DNA of 63,410 bases, counting the filler, from Folioceros fuciformis (lineage: Eukaryota), in the NCBI GenBank assembly GCA_049999805.1. It is 4 parts of 4 records of this genome, joined end to end, with 100 filler letters (N's around TTAATTAATTAA, not from the genome) between each part and the next. Parts side by side here need not be neighbours in the genome. Positions count along the whole stretch, not along the records: positions 26,997 to 42,250 come from JBNGIO010006004.1; positions 42,351 to 57,103 come from JBNGIO010006006.1; 2 more parts are not named here. One strand, 5' to 3'. The translations under genes were made by a program, and so were the position numbers. Below are positions 34,002-47,657 of this stretch, one piece after another (position 1 is the first letter of the stretch; each line of letters opens with the position of its first letter). Under the pieces are notes generated by a model. The model was given only the letters and a program-made list of their open reading frames with translations, was not told the origin of the DNA and did not search any database.

Positions 34002-35822
34002 ATGGCTACGGTGGAGGCAGAACGTGCTGCGCAGCCAGTTGCAGATGAGTACCAGATGGACTGTGGCAACCTACTTATCTTCCAGCCAAGAGATGTGGAA
34101 ATTCCGTCCAGCTCCACCCAGTAAGCACTTCCTAGTTTGACGATGATTTGCGTGACGATCCGGTTGTAGAGCTGAAGACAGGGCTGCCTTCTGGTGCAAT
34201 GTGACCAAATTGTTTGCCCCTGTTCTTGTTTGGGGGAAGGGTAGAGAGGAGTGCGACAGTGCGTGGCTGGAGAGTGCTACGTCGCTGGTGCAGGCTCTAG
34301 CCAACAGCTTGTTCGCTCTCCCCTGCACTGTTGACCGAAGTGGCAGGATTGCGTCCCTGCCTGAGCCGATAACGAGGCTTCCTCGAGAAAAGCCGGTGAG
34401 ACGGGGTCGGTCATGGGACCGTTATTGTGTGTGATGTTCTGACCTTGATTACAGATTTCTGAGGGTTGGAGGATTGGCTTGTGATTGCAGTTGCCCAAGC
34501 CAAGGCCTCCGACGAAATGGGAGCTCTTTGCCCAAAAGAAGGGTAGGTTTTATTTTTTGCGCCGTCATAGGGTGGCGAACGTGGACTGGAAGAAATTCGT
34601 AGCTCATTTCCGGGTTGTGCAGGCATTCAAAAGCGGAAGAGGAGCAAGCTTGAATTTGATGATAGTTCTCAAGAATGGAGGAGGAGGTACGGGTACAAGA
34701 GGGTTGCAGATGAAAACGAAATACCCATTATTGAGGCTAAGCCAACCGACGGTACTGGTCTTCCTGCTGTCTCCAAAATGTGGGCTTTACTGCTGGGAAT
34801 CTGGCGGCGCTCGCTGCTCAGAAGTATTGAAGGGCCAGTTTCGTCTTTTGGTTGCAAAATTCTGTCTTCAGTTTCTGCTCTCATGTGAACTTGCCGGCTG
34901 ATCGTCATCAGATCCGAATGAGGATCCATTCGCAAAGAAAAGAGGTGCCAAGAAACAACGTGTGGCAAAGAACGAATCCAATAGGTTGCAAAATCTGAAG
35001 CAGGCTGCCAAGGCTGGTGGGAAGGGAGCTTTACCAAGGTTTGTCTTTGAACACCAACTTCACCAATGTGCTGTTGAAGGTCGCTGCAGGGATTGACTCG
35101 TGCGTGGAAGCATCTGTGTGGCAGCACTTTGCAGCTAGCAGCAACTCAGGTACCAATCACAGGTGTGAAGGAGCCTGTGAAGAGACTCAATAAGGACGAA
35201 ATAGGTCATGCTGCCGGTCTTGCTGCCACTGCTACAGCGAGTGTTGGCAAGTTTGACAAAAAGCTTCCCGGGGAGAAGGCTGCGAAGCACCAGGGGAAGC
35301 ACAGGAAGGTGAGAACCAAAGTGCGTGGTTTCTGCCAACGTGGATATCCGGTTGTGTCTTAGTTTCAGATTATGTTGAGCAGCGCTTTGTGTTGGGGGTG
35401 GCAGTTCCTTCCAGTAGCTCCATCACGAGGAAATGGAAGTCAAGAGAAGCTCCAAATGCAGAGTGTGCTGGATAAAGTGATTTCTCGCCATGATACAGGG
35501 ATGCTGGATGTGAACAAGGTACCGTTTTGTGATGTGTAGTCCATTACTCCGTTTTGAGAGGCCCGGTTGCACCGTCTCTGACACTTGTGTATTGCGTCAA
35601 CAGGCCGTAAGTGCCTACAAGGTCCAAGAAGAAGGACAGCGAGCCAAGGAAAACGAGGCCAACGGTGGGAAGAAAAGGAAGTTTTCTTCCAAGGGACGTG
35701 CTGGTAAGGGAGCAGGTGGTGGAAAACGAGGAGCGGGAGCAGGGTCAGGGAAAGGAAAGGGGAAATTTGCAGCCACTGCCGCGAGTGGGAAAGGCAAGAA
35801 GCAGAAAAGGGGTAGACGATAG
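34002..35822 (+). CDS. RRS1: Ribosome biogenesis regulatory protein RRS1, multi-exon
   Basis: Spliced motifs [58 protein letters not shown], and a basic G/K-rich tail. Confidence 0.92.
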
Positions 35823-38800
35823 TTGCACACACGCTAGAGTCTTACTGGAACAGTTTGATCATCTTTGAATGGAAGGTTATCAATTGCTCAGTGTGAAGAG
35901 AATGTACAGTCGGGAACTAAAGCACCGAAGCAGACACAAGTTGGAAACTGAGGTTGGAATGTTGTCTGGACGGTGCCCAAGAGAGGTCCGGCACATGGGC
36001 ACATCTTACACATGGGTAGCGCTCCAGCACGGGAGCACAACATCGACATTTCCACAGCAGACTCCTTGCGGCTATTTCAAATGCTTTGCTCTGGATGTGG
36101 TGTTTTTGGTGGGAATCAATCGCCTAGTAGTGGGAATCAATCACCTACTAGCTGCATGGCCTGAAGTATGGATCACATCCGATTTGTGAATGACGTTCTG
36201 GTACGAGGGTAACAAAGTCCGTCAACGTAGGCCCGCATCGCTGAAATGTAGTCGTTTGCAACCTGCAGTTTTGTGTGAACCGTCTGACAGCGCCCACTTC
36301 TAGGAGAGGCTGACGACGAATTGAGACGGCAATTGTTGTTGTTGTGAAGAGTCTGTTGGTGTCGCCAACGCAGCCGACGCGTGGCGATCTCACACTCGTG
36401 CCATCGCTTTCCTGCCAGCACGAGGCGTGAGGCGCAGGTTTGCAAAGCTCAGGAATTTGCTTCGCGTTGGTCTAAAAGCAGAGGAGGTAGTGACGCCGTG
36501 CAAGATCAGCTAGACTGCGGGACGACCCGTAATGGACCGTCTCGGCATCTACCTGACGTTGAAGCATGTCAAAGTCGGGAATTAAGTACAACCGTTCTCT
36601 GGTACCGATAGAGATCCCAACCCATCAATTGGTGTCCTGACGTGGTTGTTGGATGGATATCAGCAATTCTCGCTGCAGAGCCCACAACCTGGAAGTGATT
36701 TGGGACAGGTGGAGGCTCCGTGCCCTCGAGCGGCCTCATCTGAAGCTATCCACGGTACGTCCAGGCAGAGCTCCAGATCCGGCACCCCCATCAGGAGACC
36801 TCATGTTGCATTGTCCGTCTCGATCAAGACAGACGTCCATGGATCCAAAGGGCAGCAGCATCGCCCCCCTGGGCGGGTAGTGAGCTGGTTCGTCACCTCT
36901 TTCTTTGAAACTTATAGAGGCCTGATGGTTCACGCTGGCTGCATTCCTGAACCTTTAAAATTCTCCCATCTGCTTCCAGCATGAGCCTCAGGAAAAAAGC
37001 TGACGTGTGAGAGAGGCCAACACCCCGTTACACTGGCAGGAGCTCCCATATCTGCCCACATATCCACCCCGGCTACAAAGTCCTTCCTTGGCAGTGTCCC
37101 TCACGGAGACTGCATCTCTCACACAACCCATTTCTGTACCCAGCCCATGCAGTACGGGGTTTCAACTTACGCACCAACATACATGTATGTCCTGCTAGCC
37201 CGATTAGCCCTGGCCGGCGGGTTGCAATCTGCGTTTCTCACACATCCACAAAAGCAAACTGACTACCTCACGCAAAGTACACCGGCGTACATATCATTCA
37301 TTCCGTTGTGCATCCTATCAGTGGAGCTCCTGTCATGCCACCCACCTGTGCTTCACTGACAACATAAACAAAGAAAACTTTTGCACAAAACGTCACGACG
37401 TGTACCTCGTCTGCAGCATAGGTGAGATCAAGGTTCTTAGAAAATCACACTGTTGGTGTCGTCTGTACTGCACGGTCGCCGTACTCATCCATCCCATGTG
37501 AATCAAATCATGTACATATGTATCCCCTACCCTACCTTGCGCCATGTCTTTATGACCAAGCCAAGCCAAGCCAGGACAAGGCAACCTGGTTCCAAAACTC
37601 GAACCCTAACCCTAGTCCTCACATACCCACAACCCCTTATCCTGATTCTCACATACAGTGACAGTGTCTGCATGTCAAGCAGATCCTTGGTACGATGCAC
37701 AGTGCCGAATGCATCCAAACAGCACAGTAAGCAAAAAGCCGCAGGACAGTGGCTGCTGTCAGTCACACATGCCTTGTCTCATCAGCTGCACCGTCGATGC
37801 TCGACTCCCCAACCCCAACACTCTCAAAAACGCATCGAAGTAAGGACTCGGCCCCGCCTCTCGGATCCATGTCCATGACGCCACAAGATACGTCTAGTCT
37901 GCGGAGCAAACACTTGGCATCCTCCAGTTTCGCTAATTTTGGAACGACCACATCTCGGAGACCGTTGCCACTGTGCGGCCCTTCCTTGGACGCCCTTTAC
38001 CGTCTTTCAGGGGTTTAAAACACCACCTGGCTTCCTTCAGTCAAATGAGCAACCTCGTTCCTGGAAACGGAGCCTTTGCCACGTGATGTTTGACGCCAAC
38101 TATTCTACAATATCTCCTCTACACGTGCTAAAATACTGTATGTTGGCTCTATACACAGGGCTGTACTGTGCCTCATGCACGTCAGGCCATGGCCAGTGGG
38201 CCTGGTAGCAACACATGAACAACAGGAACCTCCAATGAAAAACACCTCCGGGTGTCACATGTTGAGTCCTATCACTTAGTGGACGTTTGAGACTCCGTGA
38301 GCATTCTTTCTTCTCCGTCATGCCTTTGAAGTCTGGAAAGACGTGAGAGGTCTGCAACTGCAACATGTGCATATGCTCGTACACTCCATTACTTCTGAAT
38401 TTGACGTGGGCATTTCAATCTAGTAACAATCGCATAGTATACCCAACAGATTCCCAAGCAGATATTCTCGGTTGAACTCCATTTCTACGACGGGGTCTCC
38501 ATTGAGCGCGAGCGCTGGCCAGAGTGTGAGAGACAAGTAGTCACGAGTATGTGTCATGGGTAGGCCCCTCCGGTTCTCCACACTCTCCTCCTACTTGCCG
38601 GGCCCTCGTCTGTTGTTCCCGCCAATTAAGGATAGCTTACTCGCTCCATCCAGCTCCTCCTACCGTGCCTTCCAAAATTCGTAGTAAGATGACGTGATTT
38701 GCAAGTACATATCTACATGATATGGAATTGGCTCTCGTCAGAGAACCTCGGCTCACCGCACCCCAGGCTGGGGCAGCCACGCGGCTTCGAACGAGTTTCT

Positions 38801-39130
38801 GAGAAATTCGTTTCTGGGCGCTGACTTTTGAACTAAGCCGTACTTTTTCGATATTCCGAGAATTCCTTAAATTGGGAGCGGCACCGGAACCTGCTACGGC
38901 CTGTGCAAGGGCAGCAGGCGTCACCATGCCTTCGGCGCTTTGTGGGCGCTGATGATACGCATTCCTTAACAGGGTTGGAGCCAAAACTCGTGCTGTGGAT
39001 GCCTCCGGTCTTTTCTGCAATGGACTGACCGGTCTCGTCCAGTCGGTGGGAACTGCAGTCTCTTCGCACGCGTTTGATCGGACGTGAAGGGACAGGCAGT
39101 CGAACACTCGGTCTCTTCACTGTCGTAGTG
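35742..39130 (+). repeat. Segmental duplication copy 2, with two insertions relative to copy 1
   Basis: Aligns to 26997-29130 except for inserts at about 37141-37792 and 38600-39070. Confidence 0.85.
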
Positions 39131-39468
39131 GACTGAAACGGAAAGTCGAAGACCGTAGAAATGCAGAGCACGAGCGTCCGGTGCAACCCTGTTATTTGAT
39201 GCCTCTCGTGACCCCGTCCTCCACACAACCCCTAGTCCCCGAGTCACGTTGATCGAAAGTCCCAGAGGCCGTAACAGGTCCCCGTTCCCGTCCCCGTTCC
39301 CGTCCCCGTTCCCGTTCCCATTTCCAATCTAAGAAAATGAGAAAAATGAAAATGTACGGTCATGTCCAAAGTCAGCGCCCAGAAACGAATTTCTCAGAAT
39401 CGCGTTCGAAGCTGCGGAACGTGTCTGAGTTGACCCTCAGACTCCATGACGAGAGCCTTGGCAATTCC
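38724..39468. repeat. Inverted repeat, arms about 38724-38902 and 39267-39468
   Basis: 32-bp perfect core (38797-38828 vs 39368-39399) with imperfect extensions on both sides, and a CCCGTT/CCCGTC microarray in the right arm. Confidence 0.85.
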
Positions 39469-41479
39469 AGCTCTTAGGGATCATAAATTGGAGTGGACAA
39501 AAACACTTTGCCGAGAGTGAATTTGTTGTCCTTCATCCCAAGAAGCTTAGCACATATGTATGAAATGCCTGCCCCAAGTCAAATGGAATCGTTTTCTCTT
39601 AAGTCAATAACACAGCAAAAAGCTTGTCCTGTGTTTTCAAAAAGTTAAATTAAACTAAATGCATCTATGGTTTATGATTCCCTAGATTCCACACTTGTAG
39701 GATTGATTCTCCCACATACTCCTACATCTACATCTACGAAAAAATCCCAAGAAAGTACTTGGAGAGTGTCATGGTTACAATGGTGCCACATGTTGTCTCT
39801 AAGTTTGAAACAAAGTGGGTTTTGTGTATGTGCAAGAATGGGATTGGAGCATATTCAAGTACATGATTCCTTATGAACTTAGGCAAATTCCTATGAGCTT
39901 GCTTGATGTTTTGTCCCTTGATTGTACATACTTTGTCGTGTAAGTTGGGTTTTGGCAATGGATTTAAGTGGGTTTGGTTTAGATCTCCATTGAGAAGATG
40001 AAAGAATAATTCTCTTTGTTGCTTCCTTGCTACTTCTTCTCAACTCTATCATCTTGTCCTATCTTGTGACCATGCACTTGTGACCTCATGCAACCCACTT
40101 TAATGGACATGGGAGCTCCTCCTTTGTATCACTATTACATCATCACGTCTCGTAAACTCAAGAACTATAAGTTCAAGGAATCCAGCAAGCATTAAATTGT
40201 GGAATCAAAGTGCATAGTATGTAATATGCTTTCATAATACAAACGTAAGCCATGTAACTTTGGTAACCACGATTGTCACTTAGTGACAAAGTATTCCCTA
40301 AAACTTGGGCATGCAATGTCAACGCGGTTTGGTTTTGTTGCAAGACCCAATCCTTTTTAAGAATCTTAAGATGATCATGTAAAATAATCGTCTGATTTAT
40401 ATATAATAATAATAATGGGTGTGAGAAGTTAATGCTTGCACTTCACTCAACATTGCATGTGGAATAAGCTTCAGTTGAAATGCATGTTGTGTGGTTAAGG
40501 TGACTACCTTACATAAGATTCTTTTACACCTTTCTCCTATGATATTATTTAAATGTTTAACAAAGAACAAAAGTGAGAGTAACGTGGGTCTTCTTGGGGC
40601 AAGGGCTGCCTAAGCATTTTTAGTTAAAAAATGAGTTTACTTTCATATAAGCCTTGTTGTTGACAAGGTGTGAGAATATTTATCTCGATTCATGTCATCT
40701 AGAAGTTTGTGCAACATAAGTAAAAGGGAAGATTGTTTGCCAAGCAAACATAGCTGGCTCTCTTTGTTCCAACTTTCATAGGAAATAGCACTTCCGCCAA
40801 GTTATTTTAATACCACCATGACCTACAGATGATAAGTGCTTATAAAATATATTTTATAAGTGTTTAAAAAAAATAAAATTTGATAATGATAGATGTGCTT
40901 GCGATTAGTTGATTAGTTGTTGTGGTATCTAAAACCTAATTGTCCATCCAAGGACAGATTAGTGATTAATTAAAAATAATTTGGTTGACAAAAGTCTCAT
41001 ACAAGTAGATCCTTAATTTCGTAAGCATCAAATGAGAGCAAGTTTGAGTCACAACTCCCACCAAGGATTCCATATAGCAACATGTTATCAACCCTATGGC
41101 TTGGGGTGGTGGAGGAATGCATGACATGCAATGTCTACAAGGGTTCTTTAAGGGGATGCAATGGGGAAGAAATTCTATGTCCATCTACCCTAAATAAGAG
41201 GAGGAAAGAATCCATAGAGAGTTGAAAGCCAAGAAGGGAGTTAGCCTTTGCAAATACCAATGGCACAAGTACCCATAGCCTCTAAGATAACATGGCCTAC
41301 TTGAACTCAAGCGCACAAAGATGGATGTTAGTAGACTTGCTTAGTACTTGACATGTAAACAATGTTTGCTAAAGCCCTTCCCATGTGTGTTTGTTAAAGA
41401 TCAATACAATCGTCGTTTGTTAAAACCCTTTGTACAGGAATGGAAATGCATTCCTGAATGAAAGCATGCCACCACCAAA

Positions 41480-41880
41480 GAAAGAAGGCCACCACGAAAG
41501 AAAGGCAGGGAAACTCAACCCGTTGCTGTGATAGACTGTAGTAAGTTTTTGTATAAGTCTTGAGAAGTCCTTACCATGGTCCTTCCTATCGTCTCGACAA
41601 GAGGAAGAAGAAGAAGGCCACTATGAAAGAAAGAAAGGGAGGGAAACCTAGCCCATTGCTGTGATAGACTGCAGTAAGTTTTTGTATAAGTCTTGAGAAG
41701 TCCTTACCATGGTCCTTCCTATGGCCTCGGCAAGAGGAAGAAGAAGAAGAAGAAGATGAGAAGTCCTTACCATGGTCCTTCCTATGGCCTCGGCAAGAGG
41801 ACGAAGAAGAAGAAAATGAGAAGTCCTTACCATGCATGGTCCTTCCTATGGCCTCGGCAATAGGAGGAAGAAGAAGAAGG
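41480..41880. repeat. Nested tandem repeats (~133-bp and ~60-bp units containing GAGAAGTCCTTACCATGGTCCTTCCTAT and (GAA)n)
   Basis: The core recurs at about 41561, 41695, 41758 and 41818. Confidence 0.85.
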
Positions 41881-42250
41881 AGGGGGACAAAAGGGGACCG
41901 TCCATGGAGAACATACTTTCATTTTTGATAAGGGGGTCTTGAATAGATTATGGTTGTAGAAAACAGGTACAAAACATAGAAGTGGGTTAGTTGGGTCGTT
42001 AGTCCTGGGAGCCTGGCAGGCGAGTCTTGCACACCATCGACCATGGCTTCTAAGGGAGAGACGCGAAGGACCAGGGGAGACAGGTAAATGTGTACACGGT
42101 ACAGTACATCTGTATATAGACGTCGGTCGAGGTTGGGAGGAAATTGGAACAGACAGAAGACACGCATAATCGGACGAAGATGGCCGTAGAAAGTGCGCGC
42201 GTACGGTCGGGAAGAGAGACACATTTAATGAGCGGAATGGAAGGGCGAAG

Positions 42251-42350
42251 NNNNNNNNNNNNNNNNNNNNNNNNNNNNNNNNNNNNNNNNNNNNTTAATT
42301 AATTAANNNNNNNNNNNNNNNNNNNNNNNNNNNNNNNNNNNNNNNNNNNN
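42251..42350. other. Artificial assembly spacer
   Basis: N44-TTAATTAATTAA-N44. Confidence 0.97.
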
Positions 42351-45300
42351 GCCTGGCTATTCAATATTATAATTAACTCAGTTATGATATTTCACTAGGA
42401 TAGTGCACTTATCTTGCACTTCATAATGACTCTCCCAGGCTCTTGGTCGCATTTGGTGACTTCGTATAACACTTCACAAATGCAAGGGCAAAAATCGCTA
42501 AGGCTGTTGATGTTGATCTCCCCAAAACCAAATTTTCAGAGTTTGTAGGAGCTCTACTGCAGGAAGAAGCAACAAGAGGAACACTTGGCAAACAAGCTGG
42601 TAAGGAACAGGCCCTCTACACCACCAATAAGAACAAGGGAGGAAGGCCCAACTTCAAAGGCAAACAGAATGCCTCAGGTGGTGCTAGTAGCTCACAGCAA
42701 GCATCTTCACAAAAGAAAACACCCAAAAAGACTGGAAAGTGCCACTGGTGCCAAGTTCTAGGTCATTGGGAAAGCGAGTGCAGAAAGAAGTAGGCCGGAA
42801 TACCTCGCAAGGAGGGCAATTCCACTTCTGAAACACACGTTGTTGTGAAGAAACAAGGCTCTCCTGCTGCCCTGACTGTAGGTACCATGCAGTTTGTACG
42901 TCCTCTTGCTCATCCAACCTGCTTGTCAACAAATATTCAAGGTAAACCAGTTCGTGAGTGGTACCTTGACACTGGTGCAACAGTGCACATTTGTTTTGAT
43001 AGGAATGCCTATGTCACATACAGACCAGTTAAAGGACAGTGCGTTTACCTGGGTGACGATAGGTCCCTTGTGTCTCCTGGAATAGGCACAGTTAAAATTC
43101 CTGTCCCTTCAGGGGTCACATTGATGCTAACAGATGTATACTATGTCCCTGAAATGACTCGAAATCTCATCTCCGTTAGGAAGCTAAACATGGATAACAA
43201 TAGCCACATCCTCTTTACTCCAACAGAATGTAGAGTCATCGATGCATATGATCATCGAAAAGTACTAGCTTATGGATCATCTGATCATGATCTATTTTGC
43301 TTGCACACAAATCTTGGTGTAGCCACAGCCCATCTAGCTTCCCAGACTTCAGATGTGTTTGCACAAACAGTCGAGAAGGTCAAACTATGGCATGCACGCC
43401 TAGGTCACCCTCACAGTGCTAAGCTACAGAAGCTGGCTACAAGTGACCTATACTATGATGGGAAAATTGGGCTACTACCATCCTTACCTTTGTGTGAAGC
43501 TTGTGTGCTTTCTAAGCGACACCAGGTAGCTTTCAAGAACAGAACTCCATATCGAGCTTCTGAGGTTCTTGAATTGGTACACACTGACATATGTGGCCCA
43601 CTCTCACAGCCCTCTCTTGGAGGAGGTCGTTATTTCCTCATATTCACAGACAACAAAACCAGATTTGTCACTGCTTATATTCTGAAAGCTAAGAGTGAAT
43701 GCTTTTCCTATTTCAAGGACTACTTGAGATATGCAGAAAGATGGACTGGAAAACAACTAAAGACTCTCCGCTCCGACAATGGGGGTGAATACACATCTAA
43801 TGAGTTTCAAGCCTATTGTACAGCAGAAGGGATTGGGAGGCAACTTACAGTGGTCTACACGCCACAGCAAAATGGTGTAGCAGAACGCTTGAATCTAACT
43901 CTTCAAGAGATGGTGTCTTCTCTGTTACATCACGCTACACTGCCCCTTCCCTATTGAGCTGAAGCCCTTATGACATCTGTCTACCTACTCAACAGGCTGC
44001 CAACTATTGCTGTTGACAGACAGACGTCATATGAAGCTTTCTTCTGTCGAAAGCCTTCAATTCAGCACCTTCGCACCTTTGGTTGCATTGCTTATGCCTT
44101 CATCCCAAAGGAGAAACGCAAGAAGCTCTCTGCAAAATCCAAGAAGCTTCTTATGATTGGTTACACTGAGGGTATCAAGGCATACAAGTTGTATGATGTT
44201 TCCCGTGGCCAAGGCAGCTATTCTAGAAGCGTTACCTTTGACGAAGGACGATTCTGGCAGCCAGTGGGAGCTACTCCCACGTCTAAGGAGGACAATCTAC
44301 CAGATGATCTTATACTTCCTGATGTCACTGTTTTTGAGAACTTCGCTCCTGAGGAGATTGCTCCTGCAGGGGGGGAAGGACAGCAACATGAGCAACAAGA
44401 ACAAGACAATGAACAGGAAATTCCAGGAAATGCAGATGCAGAACTTGCAAATGAACCTGAAAATGTTGCTGATTTGCAGCCGCCACCTCCTCCAGTTAAT
44501 GATCAGCCAGATTCCGATGATGCTGAAGGTTCACTCGTCGATGCAAACAGTGATTCTAATGATTCCCAACAGCCTGAACAGGCAACAGCGCCTGTAGAGC
44601 GTCGTTATCCTACTCGAGAACGACGAGCTCCAGATTATTATAAGGCTCCAGATTTCAGACCCACCTCTTCACATGTTCAGATCAATTCTGCTATGTCACT
44701 TGATCCTTTAGAACCACAGACTCTTCAGGAAGCACTTAGCAGACCTGACCACAAAGAGTGGGAGAAGGCCATCCAATCCGAGTATGATTCCCTGATAGAA
44801 AATGGCACATGGGAGTTAGCTGAACTTCCACCTGGCAGAAAATTGGTGTCATGCAAATGGGTGTTCAAACTGAAAGTCAAGGCTAATGGTACCTTTGATA
44901 GGTATAAGGCCAGACTTGTTGCAAGAGGTTTTTCCCAAGTACCTGGACTTGATTACTTTGAAACCTTTGCTCCAGTTGTGAAACATGCCACCCTACGCAC
45001 CATCTGTGCCCTGTCGGCATACAAGGACTATGAACTACAGATGTTCGATGTAAAAATAGCCTTTCTGATTGGCAAACTTGATACTGAAATTTACATGCAG
45101 CAACCTCCTGGCTATGAGGTTAAGGGCAAAGAAGCCTATGTCTGCAAGCTAATAAAATGTTTGTATGGACTTAAGTAGTCAGCATTAAAGTGGAATGTCG
45201 AGCTAGACATAGAATTGCTAGCTCTAGGATTCACTAAAAGCAAGGCTGATGGCAGTCTGTACATCTATATTAATGGAGAGGTCATGTGTTACTTAGCTGT

Positions 45301-47657
45301 ATACCTGGACGACCTCATACTCTCGAGTAATAGCCAGCCTTACATTGATAAGATCACGGATCTCCTGGCCACCAAGTTCAAAATGTCAAACTTAGGCCCT
45401 CTTCAGAGTTGCCTAGGGATACACATTCAAAGGAACAGGTTTACCAAGGTCATCACTTTGACACAGCCCAGATATTTGCTTGATAGCACTGAACAGTTTG
45501 GTCTGAAGGATGCAAAGGTAGCATCCACGCCCCTTCCAACAGGTCTGAAGCTCAGCAAGAGCATGGCACCTGTCACACAGAGTGAGAAGGATCAGATGGT
45601 GAATGTGCCCTGCAGACAAGCTGTCGGAAAGCTAATTTATGCAGCAAATTCAACCAGGCCAGAGGTAGCTTACTCGACAAGCGTGTTGTCACAATATCTC
45701 GAAAATCCTGGACAGGAGCACTGGAGTTGTGTTAAGCGAGTGCTTAGATACCTAAAGGGAACAGCCAATAGAGGCATCAAGTACTCCTATGCAAATGGAA
45801 ACCCTTTAGACTTGGAGGTTTACACAGATTCTGATTATGCAGGTGTCATCGACACTAGAAAATCAGTTTCAGGATATGTTGTGTGTGTAGCAGGTGGACC
45901 GATCTGCTGGTCCAGCAAAAAACAGCCTACAGTGGCCCTATCAAGCACAGAAGCTGAGTACAGGGTACTCACATCAGCGGCAAAAGAGGTCGTGTGGTGT
46001 AAGCTCTTGTTTTCAGAATTAGGGATTCAGCTCCCTACCTGCACAATAATACACACAGACAACCAAGGATCCATGGCACTAGCAAAGAACCCAGTATTTC
46101 ATTCGAGAACGAAACACGTGGAAGTAGAATACCACTATATCCGAGAATTGGTTGCAGCAGGAACAATAGGACTGGAGTACATTCCAACTCAAGAAAATCC
46201 AGCATATATTCTTACCAAGGCACTTGGACGTGAGTTACATGAGAAGCATGTCAAAAGTCTTGGGCTAGGAGAGTCAGCAGCTTTCCTAGCTGATCCAGCA
46301 ACCTAAGCTAAGAAATGAAAACTGCCCACCCACTGCCCACTAGTAGCTGTAATCTTCACTCTCCTCATAGATTTCAGACACATCTTTGGGATTGTCTGAA
46401 TCGTAGAAGTTGCTAGAAGAGCTCGGGGTTGCATTATGCCCTAAAGACAGCGAGGACATGTAGTCCTCTGATGGGACATCGTCTTCTTCCAGCTTATACA
46501 CAGAACCTGTACAAGGAAATTACACAAGTTAGGAAAGCAGTGGGAGCACACATAGCAACAGGGGCAGTTACCTAAACAGGGAAGGACTTACGATATATGC
46601 TCGTCACATGACCCTGGTTCTCATTTTCACGGACCTTGATGCGCTTCATCACTATGCAGGACGTGTTGCATCTGTACCACACAGGAGAGTTAGGCCTTGC
46701 AATTGTACCAAGCCCTATGATCTTGGTGTCCCTCTTCAGATTCCCTTGGGAAAAACAGGAGGGAGGTCAGGCATCGTGGCGCCTTTCTCCCATTCAGCAA
46801 CAGGTCCAGTGCTGGCAAAGGCTTTGAGGCTGCTGTTCAGCCGCCTCTCAGCTGGCATCCGGCTGGTATGGACAGGCACAAGACGCGCTAGAGCAGGGCG
46901 AGGTGGAGCCCCCATGGTTCTCCTCTCTGATTCAGCCCTGGCTGCAAGGGCAGCGTTTGTCGTTCCTCTTGGGCGGCCGGGTCCTCTACGTGTCGGAGCT
47001 GCTTCAGCAGCTGTTTCAGCCCTCCTCTATGAGCTCAAGGCAGTTGTCCTAGGGGCGCAGCCCCTAGCTCTGGCAAATCTTCCTTGGGAATCCCTCACAT
47101 AGCGGCGCGCAACCTCCTTCTCCTTAGAAGAAGAAGACATCTTGCTCAGCTTACTCTCCACAAACTCTGTGGCTATCATGCAGAGTGTGAAGAAAGCAAG
47201 GAGAGATATAGCGCACCTGTATTCAACCGGTTTTTCTAGAGCACGCTCCATTAAGTACCGGATGGTGGAAGCTGGGCGGGTAGAGCAGCTGGAGGCGAGA
47301 CACTTGCATTCCACAGCTGGGGTGTTCATGAGCACGGCAGTGAAGACTGAAGACTGAGGCGTACAAAGGAATTCACTATTTGATATGATCACCAAGTGGG
47401 AGTGTTAAGATATATTGTTGAGTCATATGTACGTGAATTAGGTATAGATTAATATACCAAGTACACATTTATAAGGGTAGCTATAATAAATAGTTAAGTA
47501 CCCTTTGGCTAGGGTTACAACCCTTGTGAAATGTTATGTCGTTTAAGTTATAGTTTAAGTTGTCTTTTCACCATAAGCACGTAGGTTCTTTTCTTGAACA
47601 CAATGTAATATGTAATTGCTTAATTGTAATTGATCTATATCAAACCCATATTTTTCA
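42351..47657 (+). mobile_element. Ty1/copia LTR retrotransposon A (5' end lost in the gap): gag C-terminus, PR, IN, RT, RH, extra 3' region, PPT, 3' LTR 47403-47657
   Basis: CHWCQVLGHWESEC knuckle, WYLDTGA, WHARLGH, LVHTDICGP, RSDNGGEY, YKARLVARG, YLDD, YTDSDYA, RTKHVEVEYH. In-frame stops near 42790, 43955 and 45176. PPT AAGTGGGAG, then TG...CA. Confidence 0.93.
46340..47140 (-). pseudogene. Antisense accessory gene inside copia A (AT-hook, one predicted intron 46591-46507, acidic tail), disrupted
   Basis: Reads MSSSSKEKEVARRY...RRGPGRPRG... through one TAG and one frameshift. The GTAAGT..TACAG intron is in phase with a 55-codon acidic last exon. Confidence 0.5.

Noticed and set aside
46608-47102. 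Sense-strand 164-aa ORF after the pol of copia A as an env-like gene
   Set aside because: No convincing transmembrane or env features. It is the mirror frame of the antisense AT-hook ORF.
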